DNA of 40,273 nucleotides from an uncultured Ectothiorhodospiraceae bacterium (GTDB lineage Bacteria; Pseudomonadota; Gammaproteobacteria; JAABTG01): NCBI GenBank assembly GCA_964461215.1, contig CAYWTP010000003.1, positions 1 to 40,273 of the forward strand, read 5' to 3'. Shown piece by piece: positions 26,582 to 37,043 of this stretch (position 1 is its first letter; each line of letters starts with the position of its first letter). The notes under the pieces were generated by a model. It saw only the letters and a program-made list of their open reading frames with translations, ran no database searches and was not told where the DNA came from. The position numbers and the translations under genes were made by a program.

Positions 26582-27688
26582 ATGTGGCAGCCGAATGGAC
26601 GCGGGGCAGGCGGGTGGGCCGCCGTACTCCTGCTGCTGGCCGGTGCCGCGGGGCTTGAGGGGTGCAGCACGCTGGGCTACTACGCGCAGTCGGTGGCGGG
26701 GCAGCTTGGCCTGATGGCCCGGCGCCGGCCCATCACCGAGGTGGTGCGCAGCCCGGAGACTTCCCCCGCCCTGCGGGCGAAGCTGGAGACGGTGGAAGCG
26801 GCCCGCGCCTTCGCCAGCCGGGAACTGCTGCTGCCCGACAACGGCAGCTACCGCAGCTACGCGGACATCGACCGGCCCTACGTGGTATGGTCGGTGGTGG
26901 CGACTCCGGAATTCTCTCTTGCGCCCCGGACCTGGTGCTTTCCGGTGGCGGGCTGTGTAGCCTACCGCGGGTATTTCTGCGAGGAGGCCGCACACGCGTT
27001 CGCCGCGAAGCAGCGAGCCGGTGGTGATGACGTGTTCGTGGGCGGCGTGGCTGCTTACTCCACTCTGGGCTGGTTCGACGACCCGGTGCCGAGCAGTGTC
27101 GCGGGCTGGCCCGCCGAGGATCTGGCGGGGCTGATCTTTCACGAGCTGGCCCACCAGGCGATCTACGTGCCCGACGACTCCGGCTTCAACGAGGCGTTTG
27201 CCGTTACCGTCCAGCGCGAGGGCATGCGGCGCTGGCTCGCCGGCCGGGAGGCTGCCCTGAAGCGCTACCGGCGCGCACAGCGCTATGAGGACCGTTTCCT
27301 GGATCTGATCTTCGCCACGCGGGAGCGCTTGCAAGCAGTGTACGGCTCATCCTTGCCCGATCCAGACAAGCGCGCTGCCAAGGCTCGCATCTTCGCCGAT
27401 CTGCGCAAGCGCTATGGCGAGCTAAAGGCGCAGTGGGGCGGTGATTCACGCTTCGACGCCTGGTTCAAGCACGACCTGAATAATGCCAGACTGGCTTCGG
27501 TGGCTACCTACCATGAGCTGGAGCCGGGCTTTCTCGCCCTGCTGCGCAGGGACAAGGGGGATCTGGCCGCGTTCTACAGCGACGTACGTGCCCTGGCGGC
27601 CCTGGATCCCGCGAAGCGCCGGGAGCGGCTTGTGTCCCTGGCGGGGGCCGGATCGAAGATCGTGGGCCCAAGCGTGAGCGGCCAATGA
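26582..27688 (+). CDS. Putative zinc aminopeptidase lipoprotein (PF10023 'Aminopep'-like)
   Basis: A lipobox is present (LEGCSTLGYYAQS), along with WCFPVAGCVAYRGYF, AYSTLGWFDDP, the HExxH-type FHELAHQ, and FNEAFA. The start (ATG 26582 versus TTG 26561) is uncertain. Confidence 0.7.
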   Translation: MWQPNGRGAGGWAAVLLLLAGAAGLEGCSTLGYYAQSVAGQLGLMARRRPITEVVRSPETSPALRAKLETVEAARAFASRELLLPDNGSYRSYADIDRPYVVWSVVATPEFSLAPRTWCFPVAGCVAYRGYFCEEAAHAFAAKQRAGGDDVFVGGVAAYSTLGWFDDPVPSSVAGWPAEDLAGLIFHELAHQAIYVPDDSGFNEAFAVTVQREGMRRWLAGREAALKRYRRAQRYEDRFLDLIFATRERLQAVYGSSLPDPDKRAAKARIFADLRKRYGELKAQWGGDSRFDAWFKHDLNNARLASVATYHELEPGFLALLRRDKGDLAAFYSDVRALAALDPAKRRERLVSLAGAGSKIVGPSVSGQ

Positions 27689-27689
27689 C

Positions 27690-28538
27690 ATGGCCAGAGT
27701 CCTGATAGCCGGCTGCGGCGACCTGGGCACCGCCCTCGGCCAGATGCTCGCCGGCGACGGCCATCGGGTATGGGGTCTGCGGCGCGGGACCGCCGCCCTG
27801 CCCGCCCCGCTCGTTCCCGTGGCCGCCGATCTGACCCGGGCCGAGACCCTGAAAGAGCTGCCGCAGGGGCTGGATTATGTCTGCTATGCTGCGGCCGCCG
27901 GCGCCTTCGACGAGGCGGCCTACGAGGCCATCTATGTCACCGGTGCCCGCAACCTGCTTCAGGCGTTGGGGCGCACCAACCAGCGCCTGCGCCGCATTGT
28001 CTATGTCTCCAGCACCGGGGTCTATGCCCAGGACGGCGGTGAGTGGGTGGACGAAGATTCCCCGGCCCGTCCCTGCCACTTCTCCGGGCAGTGCCTGCTG
28101 CGCGGCGAGGGGGCCGTCTGTGCAGGACCCTATCCCGCCACCGTGTTGCGCCTGGGCGGCATCTACGGCCCGGGGCGTACCCGCCTCGTCGAGAGCGTGC
28201 GTCGCGGCGATCCCTGCGTGGACGAGCCGGTCCTGTGGACCAACCGCATCCACCGGGACGACGCCGCCGCAGCGCTGGCCCATCTGCTGGATCTGGCGCA
28301 GCCCGCCGCCCTGTACCTGGGCGTGGACAGCGAGCCCGTGCCGCAATGCCGGGTCATGGACTGGCTGGCGCAGCGGCTGGGCGTGGCGCCGCCGATGCGT
28401 CGGGCGGGCGTGGCCGTTCCGGGTCAACGCGGCAACAAGCGCTGCAGCAACCGCCGACTGCTGGCCAGTGGCTACCGCTTGCGCTATCCCAGCTTCCGGG
28501 AAGGCTATGCCGACGTGTTGAACACGCTGGCACAGTAA
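27690..28538 (+). CDS. NAD(P)-binding epimerase/dehydratase (extended SDR) family protein
   Basis: It has an N-terminal Rossmann motif (MARVLIAGCGDLGTALG). A 282-aa protein of extended-SDR type with SSTGVY and GGIYGPGR. Confidence 0.65.
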   Translation: MARVLIAGCGDLGTALGQMLAGDGHRVWGLRRGTAALPAPLVPVAADLTRAETLKELPQGLDYVCYAAAAGAFDEAAYEAIYVTGARNLLQALGRTNQRLRRIVYVSSTGVYAQDGGEWVDEDSPARPCHFSGQCLLRGEGAVCAGPYPATVLRLGGIYGPGRTRLVESVRRGDPCVDEPVLWTNRIHRDDAAAALAHLLDLAQPAALYLGVDSEPVPQCRVMDWLAQRLGVAPPMRRAGVAVPGQRGNKRCSNRRLLASGYRLRYPSFREGYADVLNTLAQ

Positions 28539-28552
28539 ACGTATGCTGCCTT

Positions 28553-28707
28553 TCATACGTAGGATCTTTAGGCCGTGCCGTCCATGTGAGGCCCGCAGGA
28601 CACGCCGTGAACACGTCCGTGTGGGCTCGGTCGCAGCATCCCTGCTGCTCACGGTCCTGCAAACCTCACATGGACACCGCGTACTTGGCTTAAGAACTAA
28701 CCTATGA
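28553..28707 (+). mobile_element. MITE-like 155-bp imperfect-palindrome element, copy 2
   Basis: It is 154/155 identical to 9403-9557 and in the same orientation. It is flanked by the 9-bp direct repeat TGCTGCCTT at 28544-28552 and 28708-28716. It is inserted 14 nt after the SDR stop and 53 nt before the pdxH ATG. Confidence 0.8.
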
Positions 28708-28760
28708 TGCTGCCTTACCCCCGGGCCACCGATGGCGGCCCGCAGCCGAAGGAGACATGC

Positions 28761-29345
28761 ATGGGCCTGTATGCCGAAGCAATGCAGCGGTTCGAGCAAT
28801 TGATGGCGCGTGCCGGGCAGACCGACCTGCCCGAACCCACCGCCATGACGCTGGCCACGGCCGATGCCGCCGGGCGACCTTCCGCACGCACGGTGCTGCT
28901 CAAGGGGGTGGATGAGCGGGGCTTCGTCTTCTACACCAACACCCTCAGCCGCAAGGGGGAGCAGCTTGCCCACAATGCCACGGCGGCCCTGTGCTTCTAC
29001 TGGCAGCCCCTGAAGGAGCAGGTCGAGGTGGAAGGTACCGTGGAGTCTGTCAGCGCCCAAGAGGCCGACGAGTACTGGGCGACCCGTCCTCGGGAGAGCC
29101 AAATAGGGGCCTGGGCCTCGGTCCAGTCAGAGCCCCTGGACGGGCGCGAGGTACTGCTGGCTCGGGTTGAGGAGGTGAAGGCACGCTATGCCGGATTGGC
29201 CGTGCCGCGACCGTCCCACTGGTCCGGATACCGGGTCATCCCCGAGCGCGTCGAGTTCTGGACCGCGGGAGAGTTTCGCCTCCATCACCGCACCTGCTAC
29301 TACAAGCACGCCGGGCAGTGGACAGTGACGCTCCTCAATCCCTGA
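28761..29345 (+). CDS. pdxH: Pyridoxamine/pyridoxine 5'-phosphate oxidase
   Basis: The start is set to the ATG at 28761, with AAGGAG 6 nt upstream; the track's ATG at 28704 lies inside the MITE. Motifs: RTVLLKGVDERGFVFYTN..SRKG, RESQIGAWAS.QS, EFW and a C-terminal LLNP. Confidence 0.88.
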   Translation: MGLYAEAMQRFEQLMARAGQTDLPEPTAMTLATADAAGRPSARTVLLKGVDERGFVFYTNTLSRKGEQLAHNATAALCFYWQPLKEQVEVEGTVESVSAQEADEYWATRPRESQIGAWASVQSEPLDGREVLLARVEEVKARYAGLAVPRPSHWSGYRVIPERVEFWTAGEFRLHHRTCYYKHAGQWTVTLLNP

Positions 29346-29360
29346 CGGAGACTCCCGCCG

Positions 29361-29789
29361 ATGTGGGTGCAGCAAACGCTGGAAATCAGTACCCGGGGCC
29401 GGGAGACCTACAATCTAACCCGCGAGGTGGAAAGGGTGGTGGCCGGCTCCGGGGTTCGCACCGGCTTGTGCCACGTCTTCGTGCAGCACACCAGCGCGTC
29501 CCTGATGCTGTGTGAGAACGCCGATCCGGACGTCCGCCGCGACCTGGAGACCTTCATGTCCCACCTGATCCCCGATGGGGATCCCATGTTCGTGCACACC
29601 GCCGAAGGCCCGGACGACATGCCGGCCCATGTGCGCACGGTCTTGACCCAGAGCGGGCTGAGCATTCCGGTCAGTGGCGGGCGCTGCGCGCTGGGGACCT
29701 GGCAAGGGATTTACTTATGGGAGCATCGTCGGGCCCCCCACCGGCGCCATGTCACGGTCACGGTGCAGGGCGAGGCGCGGGCACAGTGA
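29361..29789 (+). CDS. yjbQ: YjbQ/UPF0047 family protein (secondary thiamine-phosphate synthase-like)
   Basis: It is 142 aa with GLCHVFVQHTSASLMLCENADPDVRRDLETF...DDMPAHVRT.L...SLSIPV..G...LGTWQGIYLWEHR. Confidence 0.85.
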   Translation: MWVQQTLEISTRGRETYNLTREVERVVAGSGVRTGLCHVFVQHTSASLMLCENADPDVRRDLETFMSHLIPDGDPMFVHTAEGPDDMPAHVRTVLTQSGLSIPVSGGRCALGTWQGIYLWEHRRAPHRRHVTVTVQGEARAQ

Positions 29790-29917
29790 GGTTGGACACC
29801 GAACGGCGCGATCGGCCGATCCTCATCTCCGGGTGCTCCAGCGGCATCGGACGCTGCGTGGCCACCGGCCTGCTGGCGAGGCTGTTACCTCTGGCCAAGA
29901 AGGCAGCGGCGGGCTAA
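29786..29917 (+). pseudogene. Truncated N-terminal remnant of a classical SDR gene
   Basis: A GTG overlaps the yjbQ stop (GTGA). It encodes RPILISGCSSGIGRCVATGL, the TGxxxGIG cofactor loop of roughly 250-aa SDRs. The frame leaves recognisable SDR sequence after about 35 codons and stops at codon 44. Confidence 0.5.
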
Positions 29918-30099
29918 ACTCCGAGAGTGCCAGCAGTGTCAATATCTTGCGCAGCACCATTTGCGCGCGGACAGCGACAGTGAGAATCGCATTCGACTGA
30001 CTCATGGTATCCGCTATCAGACGATGGCCGACCCTGCTGGGTGGGGCTTTGGCAGACTCCGCCGGAGGCGACGGGGTGCGCGATGGCGAGCCGCGCCAC

Positions 30100-31158
30100 A
30101 TGACTTCCGTATTGATCGTCGATGATCAATTCACCGGCCGCAAGATTCTGGAAGAGCTGGTGCACACCATTGATCGCGATCTGTCCGTCGAGAGCTTCGC
30201 CGACCCTTACGAGGCCCTCGAGCGTGCTACGGCGCACATTCCCGATCTCATTCTCACGGACTACAAGATGCCGATCATGGATGGTGTCGAGTTCACCAAG
30301 CGGGTTCGGGCCATTCCCGGATGTGCCGACGTTCCCGTGATCGTGGTTACCGTGGTGGAGGAACGGCGCATCCGTTACGAGGCCCTGGAGGCAGGTGCGA
30401 CCGATTTCCTGACCCGGCCCATTGACCATCATGAGTGCCGCGCCCGGTGCCGGAATCTGCTGACCCTGCGCCGGCAGCAGCAGATCATCAAGGATCGGGC
30501 CCGCTGGCTGGAGCAGCAGGTTGCCGTCGCCACGAAGAAGGTCCTGACCCGCGAGCAGGAAACGCTGCTGCGGCTGGCGAAGGCCGGCGAGTACCGGGAC
30601 GCCGGCACCGGCAACCACATCCTGCGTATGGCAAAGTACTCCAGGCTGCTGGCCGCGGAGCTGGGGCTTTCCGAGGCCGATTGCGATGAGATTGAGCTGG
30701 CCGCGCCGATGCACGACATCGGCAAGATTGGGATTCCCGACAACATTTTGCTGAAGCAGGGCAAGCTAACGCCGGACGAATTTCAGATCATGAAGACCCA
30801 CACGGTCAACGGCTACGAGATCCTCAAGGGCAGCCCGTCCCGTTACCTGCAGCAAGGGGCCATCATCGCCCTAAACCACCACGAAAGATATGACGGAACC
30901 GGTTACCCGCAAGGCCTTAAGGGGGAGGAGATCCCCTTGAGCGCGCGCATCGTGGCGGTGGCCGATGTCTACGACGCCCTCATGAGCCGACGCCCCTACA
31001 AGGCGGCCTGGACTTGGGAAGACGGCGTCGCATATATCAAGGAACAGTCGGGCCGCCACTTCTCCCCCATGTGCGTGGATGCCTTCATGCGCCAGCTTGA
31101 CCGGATCCGTGAGGTCCAGCACAAACTGCGCGACGTTCCCTCGCCCGAGGAGGAATAG
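30100..31158 (+). CDS. rpfG: Two-component response regulator with an HD-GYP c-di-GMP phosphodiesterase output domain (RpfG-type)
   Basis: The start is set to the ATG at 30100 (MTSVLIVDDQ). The REC domain has DD and the acceptor Asp in LILTDYKMPIMDG, but LTRP where the conserved Lys-Pro is expected. The HD-GYP domain has MHDIGKIGIPD and HHERYDGTGYPQGL. Confidence 0.88.
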   Translation: MTSVLIVDDQFTGRKILEELVHTIDRDLSVESFADPYEALERATAHIPDLILTDYKMPIMDGVEFTKRVRAIPGCADVPVIVVTVVEERRIRYEALEAGATDFLTRPIDHHECRARCRNLLTLRRQQQIIKDRARWLEQQVAVATKKVLTREQETLLRLAKAGEYRDAGTGNHILRMAKYSRLLAAELGLSEADCDEIELAAPMHDIGKIGIPDNILLKQGKLTPDEFQIMKTHTVNGYEILKGSPSRYLQQGAIIALNHHERYDGTGYPQGLKGEEIPLSARIVAVADVYDALMSRRPYKAAWTWEDGVAYIKEQSGRHFSPMCVDAFMRQLDRIREVQHKLRDVPSPEEE

Positions 31159-31218
31159 TCCACGGCAGACGCTGTGCTGGCGCCCACCGGAGCCCCCGGC
31201 CCTGGGTAGCTACGCTAA

Positions 31219-31247
31219 TTGACCGCCGTGCTACCAAATGGTAAAGA
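31219..31247 (+). promoter_or_regulatory. Candidate sigma70 promoter TTGACC-N14-TGgTAAAGA in the rpfG / RpfC-paralog gap
   Basis: TTGACC is at 31219-31224, followed by a 17-nt spacer ending in TGg (extended -10), then TAAAGA at 31242-31247. It is bracketed by GGTAGC motifs at 31205-31210 (forward), 31230-31235 (reverse) and 31259-31264 (forward). Confidence 0.35.
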
Positions 31248-31572
31248 TAGCTTGGCGGGGTAGCTGTTCAGCTTCCGCCCGCTGTCTCGGATACCTTGGC
31301 CCGGCCGCGGCGGGGTCGCTACTGCGGCGCGTCCAAGGAGGGAGAATGTTAGTACGACGGTCGGCGACCTGGCGAAGGAACCTTGCCCGTATCCGTGTGC
31401 CTCAGCGCTCTGCGGCGTCTACGAGCGCGGACGCGGTGGCATGGTTGGCGGTGTGAGGCAAGCGCCGGCAAACGTCCAGGGGCGGTGAGGCCGCGCATCT
31501 TCCCGGCCGAGCCCGCCGTATGCCTGCAAAGTTTCCCTCCCCTGACTGCGACTCCGAACCCTGAGATCCAAA

Positions 31573-34083
31573 ATGATTTCAAACCATCACAATGCTCCAG
31601 CCGTTCCGCCGGATTCTCGTCTTCGAACGGGAGCCGATACGGCTGTGCGTGCGCGTGCGGAGATGCTGCAGGCACTGGCCCGCCTGCTGCTTGCTTCGCT
31701 GCTGTGGATGGGTCTGGCGGCCTATGGGCCTCAAGATGGGGATGGTCGCAGCGGACTTTTTTGGCAGGGCAGCGCGTTTGCCGCCTTTTGCGTGCTGGAG
31801 CTGATCTGGGCCGTCTTGGCCCTGGGGCCGGCGGGCTTGCGCCGCGGCATTGCCATGGCCGGTGACGCCGGTGGCGTCTCCTACGCGCTGTACTTGATCG
31901 GACCCGCGGGGGCATTGCTGGCGATGGCATACGCTGTGCTCGCTCTGGACTATGGCGCGCGCTACGGCCGCGGCTATCTGGTCGGTGCGGCCGGTGCCGG
32001 TGCGGGCGGCTTTGCGACGGTCCTGACCCAGAGCAACGATTGGGCTGCATACCCGCTGGTGGCGGCGGGAGTGGCTGTCAGCGTAATGGTGATTCCCTGG
32101 ATGGTGCTGCGTCTGCTTGGGAGGATGGCCCCCGCCGCGCCTGTGTCCGGCCGTCCGGCGTCGGTTCGGGACGCCCTGGCCCCTTCGGTTGGGGGCCTGA
32201 GCCGCCTAAGCGAGCTGCTGGCCGGTGCAGATTTGCACGCTGCGCATAAGGATTTAGCCGTCGGCATCAGTGCCGCCGCCCACGCCGTGCGCCAGGCTCT
32301 GGAGGGAGCGCCGGCATCGGGTGGAGTCGCGGCAGCGGATCCGCGGCTGGCTCCGGCGGACTTCGATCTGCACGCACTGGTGAACGGGATCCGCCGCTTG
32401 TTGGAGCCCCAGGTCCGGGAGGCTGAGGGTGAGCTGACCGCGCATATTGCGCCCCAGACTCCGTTTCTCCTGCGCGGCCCGGTCGTGGCCCTGCGCGAGG
32501 TGCTCATTCATGCCGTGGACCAGGGTCTGCGCTCGCTTCGGTTTGGGCGGGTTGATCTGATCATCTGCCCGGTTGGTATCGGTGGGGCCAGCGTCAGCCT
32601 GAGATTCGAGGTTGTTACGGACCCGGCGCTTCCAACCCATGACGAGGCAGGGGGTGGTGTCACCGCGGATGACGGGACAGAGACTCCATCTGCTGATGCC
32701 GGCAATGCGGCATACCGTGCTTGCGCCGAGCTCGTCCACAGCCTTGGCGGGCGAATAGGCTGGCGCACCCGGACCGACGGCGGCGCCGTGCTCTGGTTTG
32801 AGCTGGAGCTTGCGCCCCAGCCGGCCAGGGGCGATGCGCAGCGAGCCGGCCCGAGCGTGCACGGAGCGCGGGTCTTGCTACTGACCGGTGATGGGTTGGC
32901 CAGCGAGTTGGAAGGATATCTCAAGGGCTGGGGGGCGGTGCCGGTGCGGGAGGACAGCGCGTTCCGGGTCTTCTCCCGGCTGCTCGAAGGCCGCAGGGAC
33001 CCCGGGTCCTTGCCAATAGTCCTGGTGGAGGCGGAGCGGCTGGATATGCCCGCCCAGAAGTTTGCGTCGGCGCTGCGCGCGGACCGATCCCTGGCGTCCG
33101 TCAAGGCCGTGCTGCTGGATCCCGCGGGTGCCGCGGCCGGGGAGCGCGAGCTTCTGGACGCAGGATTCTCTGCGGTGCTGGGGAGCCCGGTGGACAAACG
33201 GGAATTGTTCAACGCCCTGCACGCTGCCCGGCTCGAAGACTGTTCCGGAGAGAAGGTGGTCTGTCTGGTGGATCGTTACAAGGAGCGCGTTGTCACCGAA
33301 CCTCTGCGCGTGCTGGTGGCCGATGACAACCGCATCAGCCGTACGGTCATCCGCAGCATTTTGGAGCGATCCGGACTTGCGGTGGACGCGGTCAGCGACG
33401 GCGAGCAGGCGCTGGATGCGCTGGCTTCGTCCGAAGCACGCTATGATTTGGTGATTCTGGACCTGGACATGCCGGGGATCGGTGGCTTGGAGGTAGCCAG
33501 GACATACCGTTTCATGGATACGGACACCGCCACGCCGGTGGTGGTCATCACTTCCAGCCCTACACCGGAAGCCCAGCAGGCTTGCGCGGGAGCCGGGGTC
33601 GAACTCGTCCTGACCAAGCCCGTGGAGCCCCGGCTGTTATTGCAGACTGTATTCCGCCTGGGTGCGGCCAAGCGTCCGCAGCCGAGGCTGGTCACCCTGA
33701 GGCCAAGAGGTGGTCCCGAGCCAAAGCTGGACGAGACCACTCTCAACAGCTTGGTCCGGCTCGGCTCCGGGGCTGGCTTTCTGAAGGAGCTCGTGCAGGG
33801 TTTCGTTCAGGACGGAGGGCGATCGGTAAGGCGTATTGAGCAGGCGGTGCGGCAGCGCGACCATCGCTCCTTTCAGGACGCCGTACAAGCTCTCAAGGGC
33901 ACGGCCGGTGATATAGGGGCCGTTCTGCTGGTGAGCTTGTGCATTCAGGCCGAGAGCATCACGCCGTTCCAAATGGGCTCCACCCCTGCACGCTCCCTTT
34001 GCGAGCGGCTTGCAACGGCGTTCGAGAGCACCTGCGTCGCGCTGACAGAGTTCGCAGAGAAGCAGCGCGACGCGGTTACCTGA
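31573..34083 (+). CDS. Degenerate RpfC paralog: RpfC-type membrane input domain, pseudo-HisKA/HATPase, receiver-like spacer, intact REC, and an HPt-like domain lacking the His
   Basis: It is co-linear by eye with 34306-36879. The H-box, N, G1 and G2 boxes are all substituted and the HPt His is Gln (QALKGTAG, CAA at 33886-33888). The REC domain keeps ADDN, the acceptor Asp (GAC 33460-33462), VITSS and LTKP. The first ~30 codons have atypically low GC3, so the true start could instead be the ATG at 31663 (MLQALARLLL). Confidence 0.75.
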   Translation: MISNHHNAPAVPPDSRLRTGADTAVRARAEMLQALARLLLASLLWMGLAAYGPQDGDGRSGLFWQGSAFAAFCVLELIWAVLALGPAGLRRGIAMAGDAGGVSYALYLIGPAGALLAMAYAVLALDYGARYGRGYLVGAAGAGAGGFATVLTQSNDWAAYPLVAAGVAVSVMVIPWMVLRLLGRMAPAAPVSGRPASVRDALAPSVGGLSRLSELLAGADLHAAHKDLAVGISAAAHAVRQALEGAPASGGVAAADPRLAPADFDLHALVNGIRRLLEPQVREAEGELTAHIAPQTPFLLRGPVVALREVLIHAVDQGLRSLRFGRVDLIICPVGIGGASVSLRFEVVTDPALPTHDEAGGGVTADDGTETPSADAGNAAYRACAELVHSLGGRIGWRTRTDGGAVLWFELELAPQPARGDAQRAGPSVHGARVLLLTGDGLASELEGYLKGWGAVPVREDSAFRVFSRLLEGRRDPGSLPIVLVEAERLDMPAQKFASALRADRSLASVKAVLLDPAGAAAGERELLDAGFSAVLGSPVDKRELFNALHAARLEDCSGEKVVCLVDRYKERVVTEPLRVLVADDNRISRTVIRSILERSGLAVDAVSDGEQALDALASSEARYDLVILDLDMPGIGGLEVARTYRFMDTDTATPVVVITSSPTPEAQQACAGAGVELVLTKPVEPRLLLQTVFRLGAAKRPQPRLVTLRPRGGPEPKLDETTLNSLVRLGSGAGFLKELVQGFVQDGGRSVRRIEQAVRQRDHRSFQDAVQALKGTAGDIGAVLLVSLCIQAESITPFQMGSTPARSLCERLATAFESTCVALTEFAEKQRDAVT

Positions 34084-34305
34084 GCTGTTACCTTCGTCCG
34101 GCGATTCGCTCCCAGCCTTCGATGGGGTTTGGGGGACCATCACGTGACAGGCACCAACTGATTGAATAGTGTATCTTTATCTTCGACCTGAAGGGGCCGA
34201 GGCACAGGGCAGGAGGTTTTCGGCTCTGTGGGAAGGCGAGCCGGTGAAGCCACGCTAAAGGCTCCGGTCGAGTTGCCGCTACGGTCAGGACCGGGTATCC
34301 AAACC

Positions 34306-36879
<2,574 letters not shown>

Positions 36880-37043
36880 GGGTCGACCACAAGAGCACCA
36901 AGGTCGTGCCAGCGCGGTCCTTACCCATAGAAGGGCCCCTGCTTCATACTCCCGGTAACCCGTCCCGAGAGCGACCCAGCGCTTTCATCTCCGACGTCCA
37001 ATACAACTTTGCGGTCATGGGGCTGCCAAGGGCCGGGCAGCCC

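Noticed and set aside
27504..29102. A 532-aa minus-strand ORF that shares an identical ~50-aa stretch (HRLVLKPSTRCPCEVCRTVSSRDAATEPTRTCSRRVLRASHGRHGLKILRM) with ORF 9128-9652
   Set aside because: The shared peptide is just the translation of the two MITE copies (9403-9557 and 28553-28707). Both ORFs run antisense through real genes or intergenic repeats. There is no duplicated protein gene.
29823..30101. A 92-aa minus-strand ORF (internal Met at 30005: MSQSNAILTVAVRAQMVLRKILTLLALSEF...) in the gap before rpfG
   Set aside because: It has no SD and runs antisense into the SDR remnant. The second half is Arg/Trp/Pro-rich, and no motif is recognisable. It is most likely noncoding scar sequence.
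37020..37043. The hairpin gggctgcc-aagggccg-ggcagccc right after the rpfF stop, considered as a terminator for the convergent rpfC/rpfF pair
   Set aside because: It has only an 8-bp stem and no U-tract on either strand. It may contribute to 3'-end formation, but it is not callable as an intrinsic terminator from sequence alone.
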